DNA from: Eledone cirrhosa
Taxonomy: Eukaryota
Direction: 5' to 3'
Length of the DNA: 64,000 nucleotides
NCBI GenBank assembly: GCA_964016885.1
Contig: OZ024749.1
Coordinates: forward strand, 11,904,001 to 11,968,000
Shown here: piece after piece, positions 52,801-64,000 of the stretch
How the letters are laid out: every line of letters starts with the position of its first letter
Position numbering within the stretch: the stretch's first letter is position 1
The notes under the pieces: model-generated
What the model was told of the DNA's origin: nothing
Seen by the model: the letters and a program-made list of their open reading frames with translations, nothing else
Database searches by the model: none
Made by a program: the position numbers and the translations under genes

Positions 52801-55800
52801 GTGTCAGTGGTGTGTTGAAGTGGTGCCAGTGGTGTGTTGAAGTGGTGTCAGTGGTGTGTTGGAGTGGTGTCAGTGGTGTGTTGAAGTGGTGCCAGTGGTG
52901 TGTTGAAGTGGTGCCAGTGGTGTGTTGTAGTGGTGTGTTGAAGTGGTGTCAGTGGTGTGTTGGAGTGGTGTCAGTGGTGTGTTGGAGTGGTGCCAGTGGT
53001 GTGTTGAAGTGGTGCCTGTGGTGTGTTGGAGTGGTGCCAGTGGTGTGTTGAAGTGGTGCCAGTGGTGTGTTGAAGTGGTGTCAGTGGTGTGTTGAAGTGG
53101 TGTGTTGGAGTGGTGCCAGTGGTGTGTTGAAGTGGTGCCTGTGGTGTGTTGGAGTGGTGTCAGTGGTGTGTTGGAGTGGTGCCAGTGGTGTGTTGAAGTG
53201 ATAACAGTGGTGTGTTGGAGTGGTGCAAGTGGTGTGTTGGAGTGGTGTGTTGGAGTGGTGTCAGTGGTGTGTTGGAGTGGTGCCAGTGGTGTGTTGGAGT
53301 GGTGCAAGTGGTGTGTTGGAGTGGTGTCAGTGGTGTGTTGGAGTGGTGCCAGTGGTGTGTTGGAGTGATGTCAGTGGTGTGTTGGAGTGGTGCCAGTGGT
53401 GTGTTGGAGTGGTGCAAGTGGTGTGTTGAAGTGGTGTCAGTGGTGTTTTGGAGTGGTGTGTTGAAGTGGTGTCAGTGGTGTGTTGGAGTGGTGTGTTGGA
53501 GTGGTGCCAGTGGTGTGTTGGAGTGATGTCAGTGGTGTGTTGGAGTGATGTCAGTGGTGTGTTGGAGTGGTGCCAGTGGTGTGTTGGAGTGGTGCAAGTG
53601 GTGTGTTGAAGTGGTGTCAGTGGTGTTTTGGAGTGGTGTGTTGAAGTGGTGTCAGTGGTGTGTTGGAGTGGTGTGTTGGAGTGGTAACAGTGGTGTGTTG
53701 GAGTGGTGCAAGTGGTGTGTTGGAGTGGTGTCAGTGGTGTGTTGGAGTGGTGCCAGTGGTGTGTTGGAGTGATGTCAGTGGTGTGTTGGAGTGGTGCCAG
53801 TGGTGTGTTGGAGTGGTGCAAGTGGTGTGTTGAAGTGGTGTCAGTGGTGTTTTGGAGTGGTGTGTTGAAGTGGTGTCAGTGGTGTGTTGGAGTGGTGTCA
53901 GTGGTGTGTTGGAGTGGTGCCTGTGGTGTGTTGGAGTGGTGCCTGTGGTGTGTTGGAGTGGTGTCAGTGGTGTGTTGGAGTGGTGCCTGTGGTGTGTTGG
54001 AGTGGTGCCTGTGGTGTGTTGGAGTGGTGCCTGTGGTGTGTTGGAGTGGTGTCAGTGGTGTGTTGGAGTGGTGCCTGTGGTGTGTTGGAGTGGTGCCTGT
54101 GGTGTGTTGGAGTGGTGTCAGTGGTGTGTTGAAGTGGTGTCAGTAGTGTGTTGGAGTGGTGTCAGTGGTGTGTTGCCTGTGGTGTGTTGGAGTGGTGTCA
54201 GTGGTGTCAGTAGTGTGTTGGAGTGGTGTCAGTGGTGTGTTGGAGTGGTGCCTGTGGTGTGTTGGAGTGGTGTCAGTGGTGTGTTGAAGTGGTGCCAGTG
54301 GTGTGTTGGAGTGGTGCCAGTGGTGTGTTGGAGTGGTGCCTGTGGTGTGTTGAAGTGGTGTGTTGAAGTGGTGCCAGTGGTGTGTTGGAGTGGTGCCAGT
54401 GGTGTGTTGAAGTGGTGACAGTGGTGTGTTGAAGTGGTGCCAGTGGTGTGTTGGAGTGGTGCCAGTGGTGTGTTGAAGTGGTGCCTGTGGTGTGTTGGAG
54501 TGGTGCCTGTGGTGTGTTGGAGTGGTGTCAGTGGTGTGTTGAAGTGGTGTCAGTAGTGTGTTGGAGTGGTGTCAGTGGTGTGTTGAAGTGGTGTCAGTGG
54601 TGTGTTGAAGTGGTGCCAGTGGTGTGTTGAAGTGGTGTCAGTGGTGTGTTGAAGTGGTGCCAGTGGTGTGTTGAAGTGGTGCCAGTGGTTTGTTGGAGTG
54701 GTGTCAGTGGTGTGTTGAAGTGGTGCCAGTGGTGTGTTGAAGTGGTGCCAGTGGTGTGTTGAAGTGGTGCCAGTGGTGTGTTGGAGTGGTGTGTTGAAGT
54801 GGTGCCAGTGGTGTGTTGGAGTGGTGTGTTGAAGTGGTGCCAGTGGTGTGTTGGAGTGGTGTCAGTGGTGTGTTGAAGTGGTGCCAGTGGTGTGTTGAAG
54901 TGGTGTCAGTGGTGTGTTGGAGTGGTGTCAGTGGTGTGTTGAAGTGGTGCCAGTGGTGTGTTGAAGTGGTGCCAGTGGTGTGTTGTAGTGGTGTGTTGAA
55001 GTGGTGCCAGTGGTGTGTTGGAGTGGTGTCAGTGGTGTGGTGAAGTGGTGTGTTGAAGTGGTGTGTTGGAGTGGTGTCAGTGGTGTGTTGAAGTGGTGCC
55101 AGTGGTGTGTTGGAGTGGTGCCAGTGGTGTGTTGGAGTGGTGTCAGTGGTGTGTTGAAGTGGTGTCAGTGGTGTGTTGGAGTGGTGTCAGTGGTGTGTTG
55201 AAGTGGTGCCAGTGGTGTGTTGGAGTGGTGTCAGTGGTGTGTTGGAGTGGTGAAGTGGTGTCAGTGGTGTGTTGAAGTGGTGCCAGTGGTGTGTTGAAGT
55301 GGTGCCAGTGGTGTGTTGGAGTGGTGTCAGTGGTGTGGTGAAGTGGTGCAAGCGGTGTGTTGAAGTGGTGCCAGTGGTGTGTTGGAGTGGTGTCAGTGGT
55401 GTGTTGAAGTGGTGCAAGCGGTGTGTTGGAGTGGTGTCAGTGGTGTGTTGGAGTGGTGAAGTGGTGTCAGTGGTGTGTTGAAGTGGTGCCAGTGGTGTGT
55501 TGAAGTGGTGCCAGTGGTGTGTTGGAGTGATGTCAGTGGTGTGTTGAAGTGGTGTGTTGGAGTGGTGTCAGTGGTGTGTTGAAGTGGTGTGTTGGAGTGG
55601 TGTCAGTGGTGTGTTGGAGTGGTGCCAGTGGTGTGTTGAAGTGGTGTGTTGAAGTGGTGCCAGTGGTTTGTTGGATTGGTGCCAGTGGTGTGTTGGAGTG
55701 GTGTGTTGAAGTGGTGTCAGTGGTGTGTTGGAGTGGTGTCAGTGGTGTGTTGAAGTGGTGCCAGTGGTGTGTTGAAGTGGTGTCAGTGGTGTGTTGAAGT

Positions 55801-58800
55801 GGTGCCAGTGGTGTGTTGGAGTGGTGCAAGTGGTGTGTTGAAGTGGTGCCAGTGGTGTGTTGGATTGGTGCCAGTGGTGTGTTGGAGTGGTGTGTTGAAG
55901 TGGTGTCAGTGGTGTGTTGAAATGGTGTCAGTGGTGTGTTGAAGTGGTGTCAGTGGTGTGTTGAAGTGGTGCCAGTGTTGTGTTGAAGTGGTGTCAGTGG
56001 TGTGTTGAAGTGGTGTCAGTGGTGTGTTGAAGTGGTGTCAGTGGTGTGTTGAAGTGGTGTCAGTGGTGTGTTGAAGTGGTGTCAGTGGTGTGTTGAAGTG
56101 GTGTCAGTGGTGTGTTGGAGTGGTGCCAGTGGTGTGTTGGAGTGGTGTGTTGAAGTGGTGTCAGTGGTGTGTTGGAGTGGTGTGTTGAAGTGGTGTCAGT
56201 GGTGTGGTGCCAGTGGTGTGTTGGAGTGGTGCCAGTGGTGTGTTGGAGTGGTGTGTTGAAGTGGTGTCAGTGGTGTGTTGGAGTGGTGTGTTGAAGTGGT
56301 GTCAGTGGTGTGTTGAAGTGGTGTCAGTGGTGTGTTGAAGTGGTGTCAGTGGTGTTTTGAAGTGGTGCCAGTGGTGTGTTGAAGTGGTGTCAGTGGTGTG
56401 TTGAAGTGGTGCGTTGGAGTGGTGTGTTGAAGTGGTGTCAGTGGTGTGTTGAAGTGGTGTCAGTGGTGTGTTGAAGTGGTGCCAGTGGTGTGTTGAAGTG
56501 GTGCCAGTGGTGTGTTGAAGTGGTGCCAGTGGTGTGTTGGAGTGGTGCCAGTGGTGTGTTGAAGTGGTGCCAGTGGTGTGTTGAAGTGGTGCCAGTGGTG
56601 TGTTGAAGTGGTGTCAGTGGTGTGTTGAAGTGGTGTCAGTGGTGTGTTGAAGTGGTGCCAGTGGTGTGTTGGAGTGGTGTGTTGAAGTGGTGTGTTGAAG
56701 TGGTGTCAGTGGTGTGTTGAAGTGGTGCGTTGGAGTGGTGTGTTGAAGTGGTGTCAGTGGTGTGTTGAAGTGGTGTCAGTGGTGTGTTGAAGTGGTGCCA
56801 GTGGTGTGTTGAAGTGGTGCCAGTGGTGTGTTGAAGTGGTGCCAGTGGTGTGTTGGAGTGGTGCCAGTGGTGTGTTGAAGTGGTGCCAGTGGTGTGTTGG
56901 AGTGGTGTGTTGAAGTGGTGTCAGTGGTGTGTTGAAGTGGTGTCAGTGGTGTGTTGAAGTGGTGTCAGTGGTGTGTTGAAGCGGTGCCAGTGGTGTGTTG
57001 GAGTGGTGTCAGTGGTGTGTTGAAGTGGTGCCAGTGGTGTGTTGAAGTGGTGCCAGTGGTGTGTTGGAGTGGTGTCAGTGGTGTGTTGAAGTGGTGCCAG
57101 TGGTGTGTTGGAGTGGTGTGGTGAAGTGGTGTGTTGAAGTGGTGCCAGTGGTGTGTTGGAGTGGTGCCAGTGGTGTGTTGAAGTGGTGACAGTGGTGTGT
57201 TGAAGTGGTGCCAGTGGTGTGTTGGAGTGGTGCCAGTGGTGTGTTGAAGTGGTGCCTGTGGTGTGTTGGAGTGGTGCCTGTGGTGTGTTGGAGTGGTGTC
57301 AGTGGTGTGTTGAAGTGGTGTCAGTAGTGTGTTGGAGTGGTGTCAGTGGTGTGTTGAAGTGGTGTCAGTGGTGTGTTGAAGTGGTGCCAGTGGTGTGTTG
57401 AAGTGGTGTCAGTGGTGTGTTGAAGTGGTGCCAGTGGTGTGTTGAAGTGGTGCCAGTGGTTTGTTGGAGTGGTGTCAGTGGTGTGTTGAAGTGGTGCCAG
57501 TGGTGTGTTGAAGTGGTGCCAGTGGTGTGTTGAAGTGGTGCCAGTGGTGTGTTGGAGTGGTGTGTTGAAGTGGTGCCAGTGGTGTGTTGAAGTGGTGCCA
57601 GTGGTGTGTTGGAGTGGTGTCAGTGGTGTGTTGAAGTGGTGCCAGTGGTGTGTTGAAGTGGTGTCAGTGGTGTGTTGGAGTGGTGTCAGTGGTGTGTTGA
57701 AGTGGTGCCAGTGGTGTGTTGAAGTGGTGCCAGTGGTGTGTTGTAGTGGTGTGTTGAAGTGGTGCCAGTGGTGTGTTGGAGTGGTGTCAGTGGTGTGGTG
57801 AAGTGGTGTGTTGAAGTGGTGTGTTGGAGTGGTGTCAGTGGTGTGTTGAAGTGGTGCCAGTGGTGTGTTGGAGTGGTGTCAGTGGTGTGTTGAAGTGGTG
57901 TCAGTGGTGTGTTGGAGTGGTGTCAGTGGTGTGTTGAAGTGGTGCCAGTGGTGTGTTGGAGTGGTGTCAGTGGTGTGTTGGAGTGGTGAAGTGGTGTCAG
58001 TGGTGTGTTGAAGTGGTGCCAGTGGTGTGTTGAAGTGGTGCCAGTGGTGTGTTGGAGTGGTGTCAGTGGTGTGGTGAAGTGGTGCAAGCGGTGTGTTGAA
58101 GTGGTGCCAGTGGTGTGTTGGAGTGGTGTCAGTGGTGTGTTGAAGTGGTGCAAGCGGTGTGTTGGAGTGGTGTCAGTGGTGTGTTGGAGTGGTGAAGTGG
58201 TGTCAGTGGTGTGTTGAAGTGGTGCCAGTGGTGTGTTGAAGTGGTGCCAGTGGTGTGTTGGAGTGATGTCAGTGGTGTGTTGAAGTGGTGTGTTGGAGTG
58301 GTGTCAGTGGTGTGTTGAAGTGGTGTGTTGGAGTGGTGTCAGTGGTGTGTTGGAGTGGTGCCAGTGGTGTGTTGAAGTGGTGTGTTGAAGTGGTGCCAGT
58401 GGTTTGTTGGATTGGTGCCAGTGGTGTGTTGGAGTGGTGTGTTGAAGTGGTGTCAGTGGTGTGTTGGAGTGGTGTCAGTGGTGTGTTGAAGTGGTGCCAG
58501 TGGTGTGTTGAAGTGGTGTCAGTGGTGTGTTGAAGTGGTGCCAGTGGTGTGTTGGAGTGGTGCAAGTGGTGTGTTGAAGTGGTGCCAGTGGTGTGTTGGA
58601 TTGGTGCCAGTGGTGTGTTGGAGTGGTGTGTTGAAGTGGTGTCAGTGGTGTGTTGAAATGGTGTCAGTGGTGTGTTGAAGTGGTGTCAGTGGTGTGTTGA
58701 AGTGGTGCCAGTGTTGTGTTGAAGTGGTGTCAGTGGTGTGTTGAAGTGGTGTCAGTGGTGTGTTGAAGTGGTGTCAGTGGTGTGTTGAAGTGGTGTCAGT

Positions 58801-61800
58801 GGTGTGTTGAAGTGGTGTCAGTGGTGTGTTGAAGTGGTGTCAGTGGTGTGTTGGAGTGGTGCCAGTGGTGTGTTGGAGTGGTGTGTTGAAGTGGTGTCAG
58901 TGGTGTGTTGGAGTGGTGTGTTGAAGTGGTGTCAGTGGTGTGGTGCCAGTGGTGTGTTGGAGTGGTGCCAGTGGTGTGTTGGAGTGGTGTGTTGAAGTGG
59001 TGTCAGTGGTGTGTTGGAGTGGTGTGTTGAAGTGGTGTCAGTGGTGTGTTGAAGTGGTGTCAGTGGTGTGTTGAAGTGGTGTCAGTGGTGTTTTGAAGTG
59101 GTGCCAGTGGTGTGTTGAAGTGGTGTCAGTGGTGTGTTGAAGTGGTGCGTTGGAGTGGTGTGTTGAAGTGGTGTCAGTGGTGTGTTGAAGTGGTGTCAGT
59201 GGTGTGTTGAAGTGGTGCCAGTGGTGTGTTGAAGTGGTGCCAGTGGTGTGTTGAAGTGGTGCCAGTGGTGTGTTGGAGTGGTGCCAGTGGTGTGTTGAAG
59301 TGGTGCCAGTGGTGTGTTGAAGTGGTGCCAGTGGTGTGTTGAAGTGGTGTCAGTGGTGTGTTGAAGTGGTGTCAGTGGTGTGTTGAAGTGGTGCCAGTGG
59401 TGTGTTGGAGTGGTGTCAGTGGTGTGTTGGAGTGGTGCCTGTGGTGTGTTGGAGTGGTGCCTGTGGTGTGTTGGAGTGGTGCCTGTGGTGTGTTGGAGTG
59501 GTGTCAGTGGTGTGTTGGAGTGGTGCCTGTGGTGTGTTGGAGTGGTGCCAGTGGTGTGTTGAAGTGGTGCCTGTGGTGTGTTGGAGTGGTGCCTGTGGTG
59601 TGTTGGAGTGGTGTCAGTGGTGTGTTGAAGTGGTGTCAGTAGTGTGTTGGAGTGGTGTCAGTGGTGTGTTGAAGTGGTGTCAGTGGTGTGTTGAAGTGGT
59701 GCCAGTGGTGTGTTGAAGTGGTGTCAGTGGTGTGTTGAAGTGGTGCCAGTGGTGTGTTGAAGTGGTGCCAGTGGTTTGTTGGAGTGGTGTCAGTGGTGTG
59801 TTGAAGTGGTGCCAGTGGTGTGTTGAAGTGGTGCCAGTGGTGTGTTGAAGTGGTGCCAGTGGTGTGTTGGAGTGGTGTGTTGAAGTGGTGCCAGTGGTGT
59901 GTTGGAGTGGTGTGTTGAAGTGGTGCCAGTGGTGTGTTGGAGTGGTGTCAGTGGTGTGTTGAAGTGGTGCCAGTGGTGTGTTGAAGTGGTGTCAGTGGTG
60001 TGTTGGAGTGGTGTCAGTGGTGTGTTGAAGTGGTGCCAGTGGTGTGTTGAAGTGGTGCCAGTGGTGTGTTGTAGTGGTGTGTTGAAGTGGTGCCAGTGGT
60101 GTGTTGGAGTGGTGTCAGTGGTGTGGTGAAGTGGTGTGTTGAAGTGGTGTGTTGGAGTGGTGTCAGTGGTGTGTTGAAGTGGTGCCAGTGGTGTGTTGGA
60201 GTGGTGTCAGTGGTGTGTTGAAGTGGTGTCAGTGGTGTGTTGGAGTGGTGTCAGTGGTGTGTTGAAGTGGTGCCAGTGGTGTGTTGGAGTGGTGTCAGTG
60301 GTGTGTTGGAGTGGTGAAGTGGTGTCAGTGGTGTGTTGAAGTGGTGCCAGTGGTGTGTTGAAGTGGTGCCAGTGGTGTGTTGGAGTGGTGTCAGTGGTGT
60401 GGTGAAGTGGTGCAAGCGGTGTGTTGAAGTGGTGCCAGTGGTGTGTTGGAGTGGTGTCAGTGGTGTGTTGAAGTGGTGCAAGCGGTGTGTTGGAGTGGTG
60501 TCAGTGGTGTGTTGGAGTGGTGAAGTGGTGTCAGTGGTGTGTTGAAGTGGTGCCAGTGGTGTGTTGAAGTGGTGCCAGTGGTGTGTTGGAGTGATGTCAG
60601 TGGTGTGTTGAAGTGGTGTGTTGGAGTGGTGTCAGTGGTGTGTTGAAGTGGTGTGTTGGAGTGGTGTCAGTGGTGTGTTGGAGTGGTGCCAGTGGTGTGT
60701 TGAAGTGGTGTGTTGAAGTGGTGCCAGTGGTTTGTTGGATTGGTGCCAGTGGTGTGTTGGAGTGGTGTGTTGAAGTGGTGTCAGTGGTGTGTTGGAGTGG
60801 TGTCAGTGGTGTGTTGAAGTGGTGCCAGTGGTGTGTTGAAGTGGTGTCAGTGGTGTGTTGAAGTGGTGCCAGTGGTGTGTTGGAGTGGTGCAAGTGGTGT
60901 GTTGAAGTGGTGCCAGTGGTGTGTTGGATTGGTGCCAGTGGTGTGTTGGAGTGGTGTGTTGAAGTGGTGTCAGTGGTGTGTTGAAATGGTGTCAGTGGTG
61001 TGTTGAAGTGGTGTCAGTGGTGTGTTGAAGTGGTGCCAGTGTTGTGTTGAAGTGGTGTCAGTGGTGTGTTGAAGTGGTGTCAGTGGTGTGTTGAAGTGGT
61101 GTCAGTGGTGTGTTGAAGTGGTGTCAGTGGTGTGTTGAAGTGGTGTCAGTGGTGTGTTGAAGTGGTGTCAGTGGTGTGTTGGAGTGGTGCCAGTGGTGTG
61201 TTGGAGTGGTGTGTTGAAGTGGTGTCAGTGGTGTGTTGGAGTGGTGTGTTGAAGTGGTGTCAGTGGTGTGGTGCCAGTGGTGTGTTGGAGTGGTGCCAGT
61301 GGTGTGTTGGAGTGGTGTGTTGAAGTGGTGTCAGTGGTGTGTTGGAGTGGTGTGTTGAAGTGGTGTCAGTGGTGTGTTGAAGTGGTGTCAGTGGTGTGTT
61401 GAAGTGGTGTCAGTGGTGTTTTGAAGTGGTGCCAGTGGTGTGTTGAAGTGGTGTCAGTGGTGTGTTGAAGTGGTGCGTTGGAGTGGTGTGTTGAAGTGGT
61501 GTCAGTGGTGTGTTGAAGTGGTGTCAGTGGTGTGTTGAAGTGGTGCCAGTGGTGTGTTGAAGTGGTGCCAGTGGTGTGTTGAAGTGGTGCCAGTGGTGTG
61601 TTGGAGTGGTGCCAGTGGTGTGTTGAAGTGGTGCCAGTGGTGTGTTGAAGTGGTGCCAGTGGTGTGTTGAAGTGGTGTCAGTGGTGTGTTGAAGTGGTGT
61701 CAGTGGTGTGTTGAAGTGGTGCCAGTGGTGTGTTGGAGTGGTGTGTTGAAGTGGTGTGTTGAAGTGGTGTCAGTGGTGTGTTGAAGTGGTGCGTTGGAGT

Positions 61801-64000
61801 GGTGTGTTGAAGTGGTGTCAGTGGTGTGTTGAAGTGGTGTCAGTGGTGTGTTGAAGTGGTGCCAGTGGTGTGTTGAAGTGGTGCCAGTGGTGTGTTGAAG
61901 TGGTGCCAGTGGTGTGTTGGAGTGGTGCCAGTGGTGTGTTGAAGTGGTGCCAGTGGTGTGTTGGAGTGGTGTGTTGAAGTGGTGTCAGTGGTGTGTTGAA
62001 GTGGTGTCAGTGGTGTGTTGAAGTGGTGTCAGTGGTGTGTTGAAGCGGTGCCAGTGGTGTGTTGGAGTGGTGTCAGTGGTGTGTTGAAGTGGTGCCAGTG
62101 GTGTGTTGAAGTGGTGCCAGTGGTGTGTTGGAGTGGTGTCAGTGGTGTGTTGAAGTGGTGCCAGTGGTGTGTTGGAGTGGTGTCAGTGGTGTGGTGAAGT
62201 GGTGTGTTGAAGTGGTGTGTTGGAGTGGTGTCAGTGGTGTGTTGAAGTGGTGCCAGTGGTGTGTTGGAGTGGTGTCAGTGGTGTGTTGGAGTGGTGTCAG
62301 TGGTGTGTTGAAGTGGTGCCAGTGGTGTGTTGGAGTGGTGTCAGTGGTGTGGTGAAGTGGTGCAAGCGGTGTGTTGAAGTGGTGCCAGTGGTGTGTTGGA
62401 GTGGTGTCAGTGGTGTGTTGAAGTGGTGCAAGCGGTGTGTTGGAGTGGTGTCAGTGGTGTGTTGGAGTGGTGCCAGTGGTGTGTTGAAGTGGTGCCAGTG
62501 GTGTGTTGGAGTGATGTCAGTGGTGTGTTGAAGTGGTGTCAGTGGTGTGTTGGAGTGGTGTCAGTGGTGTGTTGAAGTGGTGTGTTGGAGTGGTGTCAGT
62601 GGTGTGTTGGAGTGGTGCTAGTGGTGTGTTGAAGTGGTGTCAGTGGTGTGTTGGAGTGGTGCCAGTGGTGTGTTGAAGTGGTGTCAGTGGTGTGTTGAAG
62701 TGGTGCCAGTGGTGTGTTGGAGTGGTGTGTTGAAGTGGTGCCAGTGGTGTGTTGAAGTGGTGTCAGTGGTGTGTTGAAGTGGTGCCAGTGGTGTGTTGAA
62801 GTGGTGTCAGTGGTGTGTTGAAGTGGTGCGTTGGAGTGGTGTGTTGAAGTGGTGTTAGTGGTGTGTTGAAGTGGTGCCAGTGGTGTGTTGAAGTGGTGCC
62901 AGTGGTGTGTTGGAGTGGTGCCAGTGGTGTGTTGAAGTGGTGTCAGTGGTGTGTTGAAGTGGTGTGTTGGAGTGGTGTGTTGAAGTGGTGCCAGTGGTGT
63001 GTTGGAGTGGTGCCAGTGGTGTGGTGAAGTGGTGCCAGTGGTGTGTTGGAGTGGTGTCAGTGGTGTGTTGAAGTGGTGTCAGTGGTGTGTTGAAGTGGTG
63101 TCAGTGGTGTGTTGAAGTGGTGCCAGTGGTGTGTTGAAGTGGTGTGTTCGAGTGGTGTGTTGAAGTGGTGCCAGTGGTGTGTTGGAGTGGTGTCAGTGGT
63201 GTGTTGAAGTGGTGCAAGCGGTGTGTTGGAGTGGTGTCAGTGGTGTGTTGAAGTGGTGCCAGTGGTGTGTTGGGGTGGTGTCAGTGGTGTGTTGAAGTGG
63301 TGTCAGTGGTGTGTTGGAGTGGTGTCAGTGGTGTGTTGAAGTGGTGTGTTGGAGTGGTGTCAGTGGTGTGTTGGAGTGGTGCCAGTGGTGTGTTGAAGTG
63401 GTGTCAGTGGTGTGTTGGAGTGGTGTGTTGAAGTGGTGTGTTGGAGTGGTGTGTTCGAGTGGTGTGTTGAAGTGGTGCCAGTGGTGTGTTGGAGTGGTGT
63501 CAGTGGTGTGTTGAAGTGGTGCAAGCGGTGTGTTGGAGTGGTGTCAGTGGTGTGTTGAAGTGGTGTGTTGGAGTGGTGTCAGTGGTATGTTGAAGTGGTG
63601 TCAGTGGTGTGTTGGAGTGGTGTGTTGAAGTGGTGTGTTGAAGTGGTGCCAGTGGTGTGTTGGAGTGGTGTCAGTGGTGTGTTGAAGTGGTGCAAGCGGT
63701 GTGTTGGAGTGGTGTCAGTGGTGTGTTGGAGTGGTGCCAGTGGTGTGTTGAAGTGGTGCCAGTGGTGTGTTGGAGTGATGTCAGTGGTGTGTTGAAGTGG
63801 TGTCAGTGGTGTGTTGGAGTGGTGTCAGTGGTGTGTTGAAGTGGTGTGTTGGAGTGGTGTCAGTGGTGTGTTGGAGTGGTGCCAGTGGTGTGTTGAAGTG
63901 GTGTCAGTGGTGTGTTGGAGTGGTGTGTTGAAGTGGTGCCAGTGGTGTGTTGAAGTGGTGCCAGTGGTGTGTTGGATTGGTGCCAGTGGTGTGTTGGATT
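43805..64000. repeat. GT-rich 22-bp satellite (AGTGGTGYC + AGTGGTGTGTTGR)n, >20 kb, runs off the window end
   Basis: Alternating 9-bp and 13-bp subunits sharing AGTGGTG; multi-kb blocks recur with near identity. Confidence 0.98.

Noticed and set aside
43805-64000. Many Trp/Cys/Val-rich and His/Thr-rich ORFs
   Set aside because: These are frame-shifting translations of the 22-bp satellite with no unique sequence or splice structure.
43805-64000. Telomeric repeat
   Set aside because: No TTAGGG units; the resemblance to yeast TG1-3 is only compositional.

Overview
Eukaryotic, repeat-dominated window with no prokaryotic genes, CRISPR array or rRNA. The SINE, MITE, RTE and CR1 repertoire resembles a coleoid cephalopod (octopus-like) genome, which is an inference. 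About 70% is two large tandem arrays: a purine-rich 41-bp satellite (701-25283, with a 200-N gap and a ~4.09-kb higher-order repeat) and a GT-rich 22-bp satellite (43805 to the window end, with multi-kb mosaic higher-order structure). The 18.5 kb between them holds the first five coding exons of a minus-strand gene, reconstructed by hand with matching GT-AG sites and phases (42224-42140, 37084-36910, 34623-34559, 32863-32771, 25701-25492). It encodes a signal peptide followed by Cys-rich domains resembling an uncharacterised invertebrate family (DUF7044/DUF7042-type, recalled, not searched). The introns and flanks contain dead CR1 and RTE LINEs (two with a PHD finger inside the reverse transcriptase), tRNA-derived SINEs, TTAA-flanked MITEs, a non-autonomous Helitron carrying a 27-bp array, and an internally deleted Merlin (IS1595-like) transposon with an open ORF. 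Two minisatellites appear to derive from one MITE family. Most long ORFs in the track are repeat translations. I found no clear novel multi-gene system; the best leads are the gene and the transposon/satellite architecture around it.
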